This document shows positions 48,193 through 57,725 of a stretch of DNA of 64,000 nucleotides, piece by piece. Every line of letters starts with the position of its first letter. Positions within the stretch are counted from its first letter, which is position 1. Origin of the DNA: Macrostomum lignano. Lineage: Eukaryota. The translations under genes were made by a program, and so were the position numbers. The DNA is taken from contig NIVC01000373.1 in the NCBI GenBank assembly GCA_002269645.1, forward strand, positions 1 through 64,000, in the 5' to 3' direction. The notes below the pieces were generated by a model that was given only the letters and a program-made list of their open reading frames with translations, was not told the DNA's origin and did not search any database.

Positions 48193-49581
48193 TTTTTATT
48201 GGATTTGAAATAATTAAATGTTAAATTTTATAATTATACACTTATGACTTATTATTGTTATTATTATTTTTATTATTATCTGCAATCGCCAGTGGGATAC
48301 ATTAGTACGAGTGTAAATGACTAAAAGTCTAATAATCCATGCATACGAGTGAATTCTGAAGTTCGAATGATGCAGATGCATGAGTCATGAATTGAAAGTG
48401 GATGGCGCCCTGAGTACATTAAAATATAATTAGAGTCCGAATAAAACCTTGTTTTTTTTTTAAACGTGATGCACATTATCAGCAAAATCTTAAGAAATTA
48501 ACCTCCAACATTCTTCATGGCTCTTTCAGACATCGAAGCTGAGATCAGTGGCCTCAGCCTGGCCTTTAGCTCCACGTTTCACTTCGATGATTCGCTGCTG
48601 TCGTTCATTGGCAGCGACAAGATGAGTGACAGCTCGATGACGGCCGCCAACAGCGGCGGGAACGGCGGTGGTGCAGACTTCGGGCCCACCGGCGATGGAG
48701 TGTGAGCAGCAGCCCTCTGCACAGGTAGGAATCTAATGTTAAAGCGTCTGCGTAATCAAAATGGAATGAAGAATGACTGCTTTTCGAGCGCATTAATTTC
48801 TTATTAATTAAATTTTTCTTAACTTGAAAACGAATTATAGACGTATATAAAGTAATACTCCTGCATGTCATGTGACATGTCTCTTCTTTTTGTGTCTGAA
48901 TCAAATAATTACTTGAAAGCTGCAGTCGCCTGTTAGCTTGTTATTTATTAGCCCGAATTTTGTCGAATTTGATGGTTCGTCCCGCCTCTTCAGCAGCAGC
49001 AGCCTATAGCAACAGAAATATTCACGCGTACATTGCTTAAATTGCTTACATTCATCTGGCCAATCACCGATTGATCCAATGGGGCTGTCACAATATATTA
49101 TAGAATATAGCATTTGAGGCATCATTTATAGGGCTGCATTCTACCTGTAGTCAGTTTTACCTTGACTATTATCCCGAAGCCTTGGAATCCCAGGTAATCA
49201 AGTCCGTTGCTATGGGCTGCTGCATGGGGCTCGCGTGGCTTGCTTTGACTCAATGCGCACCTCACTCGCTAATAGTGAATTATTAATGACGGCCCAGTAG
49301 AATTGAGTTACGTTAGCGCAACACAATGCCTATTGAATCGACGTCCGAAATGACGCTTAATCTGACTGTTAATCCGAACTGTGCTGCAACTAATCCAATA
49401 TATTTTGTAATGTAATCCTTACGACTATTGATGATAAATAACAATCCAAACTTTAATTTGATCGAGTACTGTGCGCTCGAACTGATTATATTAACCAACA
49501 TTTTATTTAATTGCTTTTAGTCAGCTTCGTTCACGGTTTCTCTTTTAGCAAAGCTGTTTGCAACAAGTTCAAATGCAGTTC

Positions 49582-49595
49582 GTTGCCATGGAAAC
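49582..49595. promoter_or_regulatory. Canonical RFX X-box GTTGCCATGGAAAC
   Basis: Match to the established 14-bp X-box consensus; target gene unknown. Confidence 0.4.
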
Positions 49596-50234
49596 ATTAT
49601 TTTTTAAATTAAACGAATAAACTTGAAAGCCATACTGTTGCGAGAAACGCAAGCAAGAACATCTTCGTGCTGATTTTGCAGATAAAAATGCCTTGACTGA
49701 TTGATTTGTTAGTTATTTGATTGTTTGCTTGTTGAGTTATTTGAACAAAGTGAGAAGCTTTACAGCATAAGGCCGTATCTGAGGACAAATCAACGTTCTG
49801 TGCGGATTTAACGAGGCTAGAATGAAGCATTTTGCTCCAAATAACCAGCGTTAACTTTTATAAAAAATACTGAAAATATTTAAAGATGCTATTTTTTGCT
49901 TCGACTGTCACCATAACAAGCATTGCCAGCTACAACATGATTAAATAATTGTACTCATCGATTGAAAATGTATATTTCTAAAATTGGATTTCGATTGGCA
50001 ATTCAATCAGTGCTAAATAATAATGCACTTCCTTGCGGCTGCCGAGGGCTTCCGATACCAGTTAAATTCTTACTTAAAATTTCAACTCTGCGAACGAATG
50101 ATACGAATTAATAAAGCTTTTATAAGCATGTTCAAAAAAGAAGCGAACGCTGACAAGCAATACTGCCTACTGCAAGTAGCAGTGTTTCTGGTTTCAGCTG
50201 ACAATAGATTAACGAACAGAATTAAATGTCCGCA

Positions 50235-51356
50235 TCAATCGTTAGAGGGCTTGGCCCAATCCACCTTGAGGATGAGATGGCCATAGCCGAATCCGGAGAC
50301 CCCAAAAATAGCCTTCTGGGCGTCCTCCTTCCGCTGGTAGGTGATGAAGGCGAATCCCTTGCTGGCCATGGTCTGTTTGTCCTTGGCCAGGAAAATCCGC
50401 TGGATTTTGCCGAACGGGTTGAACAGATGGCCCAGGTCCTCCTCGGTGGTGTCTTCTGGTAGGTTCGTCACCCGGATGGTTGGCTGATCATCCCGCCGCT
50501 TGTCCGCGCCGACTGGGCTGCCGACGCCAGAGGCCGCTGCCTGCCGCAGGCCAGGTGGGACGTACTTCCCACCGGCCTCTTTAAATATCGGGATGCCAGC
50601 GTTGGAGCTGCCCACGCCGCCGTTGGCAGCTGCCGCACTAGCGGCAGAAGCGTTCGAAGTGTCCGCAATCGGCATGGCCTGGGCGGCGCAGGGAGGGTTG
50701 ACTGTTTGCATTGGGTGCACTTAGCAATCCCGTCAGACTTAAATGTACTTTTACCAGGCCAAGAGGTTTGTACGAGCGTACATTAATCAATTACCTGTTC
50801 GTCCACATCCAGTGAATCCTGGCGGTCCTTGAACGGACACCTGGTAGTGAAGTGCGATCCCCTGCAGATGCGACAGGTGGCGACGTTTTTGGGCATCTTG
50901 CTGACCAGCTCGTCCGCCTGCTTCTCGGCCTCGTCCTCTGGCCGGCCGCTGACGAACTGCAGGAAGACCTCCTCCGCCGGGTAGGTGTTGGCCGAGTTCG
51001 GGCCGGGGCCGTCCGACTCGGCGGCGCCAAATTTCTTCCACTCTTTGCGGCGGGCGATGCTCTTGCTGAGCTTGCGAACCTCCACCTGCAGCTCGGAGCT
51101 CACCTGGAAATTAGCGATTAAGAGGGGTGGTGGGATTGTTTTTGAGAGTCGAGCATTTTACAAACTAGGGACTAGGAACAGGAACAACCTAATTAAACGG
51201 TAAGTTCAAACCAACCTTAAACAGATTGCCGTTCTCATCGCGCTGATAGCTGATCTCTCGCTTGATCGACTTGTCCTTGTTGTACTCCATGACCGGCGGC
51301 GGCAGCTGGTATTCAAGCTGCTCAGCCTCCTCCATCTCTTTGGCCCAGTCGGACAT
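50235..51356 (-). CDS. EIF3G: Eukaryotic translation initiation factor 3 subunit G
   Basis: Exons 51356-51216, 51103-50795, 50678-50235 (all phase 0). RKEWKKFG, zinc knuckle CRICRGSHFTTRCPFKD, GGKYVPPGLR, RRM TIRVTNL..SKGFAFITY..YGHLILKVDWAKP. Confidence 0.97.
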
Positions 51357-51909
51357 TGTGAGCTGCCGGCAAGTCTCAGCTGCCAGAAAAATGGAAGCTT
51401 TGCGATGAGCAGAGCTGGCTAATCAAAACTGCTGTAGAATTCCATAGACTCAAGGGGATGGACCTGGAGACACAGCGCTCTGACCAATGGACCTGAGGGG
51501 ACAGCAACTCTGACCAATGGACCTGAGGGAACAGCGGCTCTCACCGAAAGACTGTAGAGTCATAGCAGCCGCGTGAAGGAACTCGTGTTTTAATAAAATC
51601 AGAAACAAACGCCAAAACCAAAAGTTCACAACTCCTGTAGGCAAAAGGTGATTTATTCAATTCAAATAAAATACAGAATGCAGCAATAAAATTGAAATTC
51701 TGTTTATACGCAGACAGAATTCAGTAAGTTGTTGATTAGTTTAATGAAGAAATGGTGAACTCAATTATCCAACACCTTGCATGATAATAAACCGGAAATC
51801 GAATTTAAACAGCTGGAGCAATTCCAATTTTGAGAAATCATATCAACTTGCTAATTCCGGCCTCCAAACAGTAAAATTTATTCAAATGCACAGTTTTGCG
51901 CTCAAAAGT

Positions 51910-54900
51910 TCAACCGCTGGCCTTGTGCTTTGGCGTGAAAGTGAAACCAGGAGGCGGCGGGCCCAGCAGCATGGCGGACAGGCGGACCCAGTCCTCGCTG
52001 CGCTGGCTGGCCATGAGGGTCTCGAGATCGTCCCGTCCGAAATAGGCCGGCGGCCGCTCGTTGCTGCGCTGCGGTGGCCGCTCCAGCAGGCCCAGGGGCA
52101 CGTAGCGGCACAGGAAGGACTGCCACTCCAGAAAGAAGCGGCGCACCGTCTCCACCCCCTTGGCGTCGCTGCCCCAGTGCAGCAGGCCGTAGTTGACGTA
52201 TCGGCGCAGCAGGTCCATCCTCTCCGAGCTGCTGATGTCCCATAGCCGGCCGTCGCGCAGCTCGGTGAACAGCCAGGGCTTGACTAGGGCACCTCTGGCG
52301 ACCATCACGGCGTCGACCCCGGTGGCCAGGGCGGCCTCCAGGTCCGCTGGGCTGAACACGTCGCCGTTGCCGATCACAAAGAAGTCGTCGTCGTCAGCTG
52401 CGGCGCTGCCATCTGGGTTCGAGAAGAGTTTGAAGATTTAAGCGCAAAACTCTTTAATATTACGTTCACTACGTCAGAGATGTCTATGTTAATTAACTTT
52501 ATACTACAATATCACAGTTCTATAATCCTACAGTGTAATTTATTAAGCTATAAGTAAATTTACAGCTTAAGTTAGCTGCGAAATTCAAATCTAGAATCAA
52601 CACGGGAAACTTCACCATATAGAATTCCCCTGCACTGAATGGGTAGAAGAGATGGGAAACCCCACTGTATAGAATTTCCCTGCAGTGACAGGATAGAAGA
52701 GATGGGAAACCCAACTGTGTAGAATTCCCCTAAACTGACTGGATAGAAGAGATGGGAAACTCCACCATATTGGATTCCCCTGCACTGACTGGATAGAAGA
52801 GATGGGAAACTCCACCATATTGGATTCCCCTGCACTGACTGCATAGAAGAGATGGGAAACCCCACCATATTGGATTCCCCTGCACTGACTGGATAGAAGA
52901 GATGGGAAACCCCACTGTATAGAATTCCCCTGCACTGACTGGATAGAAGAGATGGGAAACCCCACCATATTGGATTCCCCTGCACTGACTGGATAGAAGA
53001 GATGGGAAACCCCACCATATTGGATTCCCCTGCACTGACTGGATAGAAGAGATGGGAAACCCCACTGTATAGAATTCCCCTGCACTGACTGGATAGAGAG
53101 ATGGAAACCCCACCATATTGGATTCCCCTGCACTGACTGGATAGAAGAGATGGGAAACCCCACCATATTGGATTCCCCACTGACTGGATAGAAGAGATGG
53201 GAAACTGACTGGATAGAAGAGATGAGAAACCCCACCATATTGGATTCCCCTGCACTGACTGGATAGAAGAGATGGGAAACCCTACCAATTAGAATTCTCC
53301 TGTACTGACTGGCCGGCAGCCAGCAGCAGAGGTGGTATTTTGGGTTCCATAGGTCAGCAACAAGGCAGGCTTTCGCATTCACCAACACTGGAGAGGGTAT
53401 CATGGGATTTCCCATTGCATTTAGCAAATGCATACTGGGATCTCGTCTCCAACAAACCCACCTTGCAAGGCGGCCTTGGCAGCGGCCGTGCAGCGGCCAA
53501 TGTAGTCCCAGTCGGCCAGCCTCCTGTAGCGCTGCTCCCTCGACCTGCCGTGGATCGTGACAGCGGCGGCGCCGGCTGCCCGCAGCCTTGGCAGCAGCTC
53601 GTGCGCCACATTAACGCCTTCCCGCACCCCGGTTCGCACTTTGACAGTCAGCGGGCAGTTGAGCAGCTCGGCCATGCAGGACACGGAGGTCTCCAGTCGC
53701 TTCGGCTGGGTCAACATCCCGGCGCCCATGCCGCGCTGGTACACGAGATCGATGGGGCAGCCGCAGTTCAGGTCCACGAAGTCCAGGTGGGGCGCGCGGT
53801 CTCGCAACAGCTGGGCGAGGCGGGCCAGCTGGTCCGGGTGGGAGCCGCACACCTGGGATGGAAAATGCCATTTTAACAACGGAACTCTGACTGTCACAAA
53901 AACATTACTCAGTCAGACTCAGTAGAAACAGCCAGGTGACTCCTCAGTCTGGTATTGGAAGCTTTGCTCACCTGCGCCCCGAAGCACCGCTCGCTGGGGT
54001 GCCTGCGCAGCAGCGCCCACTCGGCGTTGCGGCCCTGCAGCAGGTTGGACGCCATCGCCATCTCGCCGCAGGTCACATCGGCGCCGAAGTCGACGCAGAC
54101 TCGACGGAACGGCAGGTTGCCAACTGTTGTCAGGGGCGCCAGTAGCAGCTTACCGCGAAAGTCCAGGCGGCGCTTGCGCGACCCTTCGGCCAGAGAGCCA
54201 AGCGGATTGCTTGCGGCGCTGGGGAGTGGCGCCGTTGACTCAGCTGCCGGTGCCGATGACTCAGCTGCTGGTGCCGATGACTCAGCTGCCGGTGCCGATG
54301 ACTCAGCTGCCGGTGCCGAGGACTCAGCTGCCGGTGCCGAGGACTCAGCTGCCGGTGCCGAGGACTCAGCTGCCGGTGCCGATGACTCAGCTGCCGGTGC
54401 CGAGGACTCAGCTGCCTGTGCCGATGACTCAGCTGCCGGGGCCGATGACTCAGCTGCCGGTGCCGATGACTCAGCTGCCGGTGCCGATGACTCAGCAGCC
54501 TTAGCCTCGGCCCTGAAGGCGGCGGCAGCGATTCAGCGAATCGCCCTTTGCATTGAACGCCGTGCTGTCGCAACACCTGCAGAAACATTGGGATAGACAG
54601 AGCCCGTTGTAGCAAGCCGAGGAGGCTAACTGAAGGCTACAGACGGGACAAATCAACACCGAAACTCACCGCGTACGCCTCGCCAAAGTCGAAGTCATCC
54701 CGGCGCAGGGCCAGCTGTAAGTCGCGGTCCAGGCCATGCAGCTCTGTCTGGCCGGCCGCAGCCCAGGTGCGCTGCCTGTCGGGATCGGCCAGGTTGCGCC
54801 CGTCGGCGTCGACGTGAGCGCCAGCGAATCGGCACAGGGCGCCGCTCGGGCAGCGGCCGGTGGTGTCGAAGACAAAGCAGGAGGGGCCCAGATCTGGCGG

Positions 54901-55203
54901 CCGAGTGGCCAGGTAGGCGGGCAGGTCGTGCGACAGCCGGCAGGTGACGCCAAAGTGGCAGACGCCATCGGCGAAGTAGGACCGACACTCAGCCGGGCGG
55001 TCAGGCAGGTAGGGCCGTCGCTTTCGGGATTTTGACTGCTCCGTTTGCTGCTGCTGGCCATTCACTAGGAACTCTGCCACAGGTGCTGGAGCAGGCGGCA
55101 AGAGATACTCAGGCTTTACTGCTGCATAGCCAGCAGTTGACACAGCTGGCTGCTGCTTTGGCTCCAGCTGGTCTGTGCTGGGCTCAGCGCTCTCCTGCAA
55201 CAT
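51910..55203 (-). CDS. DUS3L: tRNA-dihydrouridine(47) synthase DUS3-like (apparent 1-nt frameshift near 54532)
   Basis: Exons 55203-54670, 54576-53972, 53852-53462, 52412-51910. CCCH fingers, [66 protein letters not shown]. Exon 2 is 605 nt, one short of frame. Confidence 0.93.
52605..53312. repeat. 50-bp minisatellite (GGATAGAAGAGATGGGAAACCCCACCATATTGGATTCCCCTGCACTGACT), ~13 copies, DUS3L intron 3
   Basis: Direct inspection. Confidence 0.92.
54232..54500 (-). repeat. Coding 21-bp minisatellite encoding (ESSAPAA) x ~12 in DUS3L exon 2
   Basis: GACTCAGCTGCCGGTGCCGAT repeated on + strand; in frame on the coding strand. Confidence 0.88.
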
Positions 55204-55682
55204 TGTTAAGAGAACTAATGATTCCATTAAGTTACTAAATAGATTAGCAAATCCTTAGGAGGTTTGGGATCAGACATAAACTTTGAAATAGATCTATTAC
55301 GAGTAATATGTGCAAAAATTCAACCTAATTCATTGAATTTCCTTTTTTATATATTTTTTCTTTTCCTTTTCCTTTGTTGTTTGCCCTTTTGTTTCCCTTT
55401 GATTCACAACTAATGCTTGAAATTAATAACATCGTTATCTCATTGCTATTACAAATAAGGGCCTTAATCTATTCTTTGCTATTATAAATCCTCTGCCTTT
55501 ATACAATTATAACAATGTACTTAAATTCATATATAGGGCTCCATTATCTATAGGTGGATAGTTCTTAGAAGGCTAAGCTAAGGCCAATAAGAAAAGATAG
55601 TAAAAATTTATGTATACTTTATATATTGGTAATGTTAGCCTAAAATAATAAAGCCACTGCTTCCATGGACCATGGATAGACC

Positions 55683-56491
55683 CAGTGTTGGGCACTTCCA
55701 TTACCAAGTAACTTGCAAATGGTAACGTAAGTTACTTTTTCATAAACTGTTCCTTATGCAAGTTACTTTTTTATTTTAGTAATGGAGTAACGGTAAGTTA
55801 CTCAAATTTCAGAAGTCCATTACAGTTACTTTGCAACAATTGCAATATTTAAATTTAAAACTGAAATGCTTAGCTATTACGCTGGTTGTTACATTTATTT
55901 ACATTTTTCATTCCTAAATTCAAAATTAAGTGAATAGCATCATATGGTATTATGCTTTAATTAATGAAGAAATACTTGAAACATGTTTTACTTTGTTATA
56001 TTTTTGCCTTTCATTTTCAAGTTACTAAAAATTTTCAAGTTTGATTCAAACAAACAACCAAAGAAAGAAATTCATCTGTAGCCTCCACAAGTCCCTCCAC
56101 TGGCACTGCAGTACACTATATCATTTTATATAGTTCTATTTATTTTATTCTATTGAATTATTGATATTCATTTATTTTATCATTTATAATTTTAATTATT
56201 GATTGCCATTGCCCATTGGTCCTTCTACCTGCCTCACATTGTGTTGCCAATTCCTGTTTCTGTCTGTTAATTGGTTAATTTTGGTAACAACAATGTGAAA
56301 AAAATGTGCAATGTGAAAAAAGCAGAAAATTTTGTTAATAACATGGGTAACGGAAGTGAGTAACGGACAGTAACTAAAAGTTACCGGGTTTTTGTCTAAA
56401 GTTACTAGGCTAATATAAGTTACTTTTTAAAAATTCGTAACTTAGTTACAGTAATGCAAGTTACTTTTTTTGAGTAACTTGCCCTACACTG
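55683..56491. mobile_element. Non-autonomous hAT element, 809 bp
   Basis: TIRs CAGTGTTGGGCA / TGCCCTACACTG; perfect 8-bp TSD GATAGACC; many subterminal AAGTTAC/GTAAC motifs. Confidence 0.88.
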
Positions 56492-56682
56492 GATAGACCT
56501 ATACTTTATTGAAATTTAATAAATAAAAATTTTATTTAAAGCTAGACATTGAATAAATGTATAATTTGTTTATTAATTATATATTTATATTAATCCATCT
56601 AGACTTCTTGAACTTTAGATACATAAAATACTTCTAGTTAAAATACTTCCCATGCCTTAATGGTTGGCTTTAATTTAGCTAG

Positions 56683-57230
56683 CATAGGCATAGGAATGTT
56701 TCAAAAAGTGGGGGCCAGGTTCAGTGGTGGATTTAGGGGGGGTGCATAGGGTGTATATCCTCTATCAAGTTAGATTATTTTTTATATGAAAAATTTACAT
56801 TATTATATACCAATTTTTTTTATAATTGATATTGTCAACATTCATTTTAGCATTGCAGGCACTTATTTTAGTGCTACACTCCTTATTTTAGCACCACAAA
56901 CACTCATTTTAACACTACAAACACCTATTTTAGTACTGCAGGCATTCACTTTAATGCCGCAAACCTTCATTTTAGTGCCACAGCCGCAGGCACCCATTTT
57001 AGCATTGCAGGCACCCATTTTAGCACCATAAGCACCCATTTTAGCATTGTAGGTGCTATATTTTGTCACCCTAGGCTATAACAAAATACATTCATGCAAA
57101 GCAACAAAAAATAAGCAGTCTATATTTTGCATTTAAATGTCAAGGGGCCAGATACCAACTGACCCCCCCCCCTATTTTAAAAAGTGGGGGGCCATGGCCT
57201 CATTGTCTCCCCCCATTCCTATGCCAATAT
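56683..57230. mobile_element. Degenerate MITE-like element (CATAGGCATAGGAAT / ATTCCTATGCC ends)
   Basis: 11-bp inverted match at the ends; AAAAGTGGGGG subterminal motifs; internal degenerate 21-bp repeats; TSD unclear. Confidence 0.5.
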
Positions 57231-57725
57231 AAATAGCTAGGACCAACATATTATAGTTAAGTTAAAGCTATATAAAAATTGTAATAGGTAGGATTTTGCA
57301 TCCTGCCTATACCTTCTGCTCACATTGGATAACAAAGATTGAACTTGAAGCATGGTATTTCTGGGCCCAGGTTGCTACGGTCTACAGCCTAGCCAAAGCA
57401 ATTGCCATGCCTTTGGGCCCACAGAAGCAACAAAAGAAAAGTGAAGTAGCACTTCCACTGTCTCTCCTTTTAGTTTAAACATAGCATATGCATGGGAATG
57501 AAAATTCTTATGCTAGATAGAAAAAATGCAAATTGTGCAGCTAGTTTTAGGAGCAGCCGCGCTTTGGAAATATGGTGGCATTCTATGCAGCTCATAAAAA
57601 TGAAGCTTCAATTTAAAATCCGCACAGCCACAGCACCACCTAAAACCCCTACCCAAAAGAGACAAAATTATGATTCCATCACCTAATCAACATAGTTAGG
57701 ATCATGGCACACATGCATTGGATTC

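Noticed and set aside
900-53312. Apparent CpG depletion and palindromic 6-mers (CAGCTG, GAATTC, TCTAGA) in minisatellite units
   Set aside because: Counter-examples exist (5660-6300 and 39340-39600 are CpG-containing) and short palindromes are expected by chance; not supportable without statistics.
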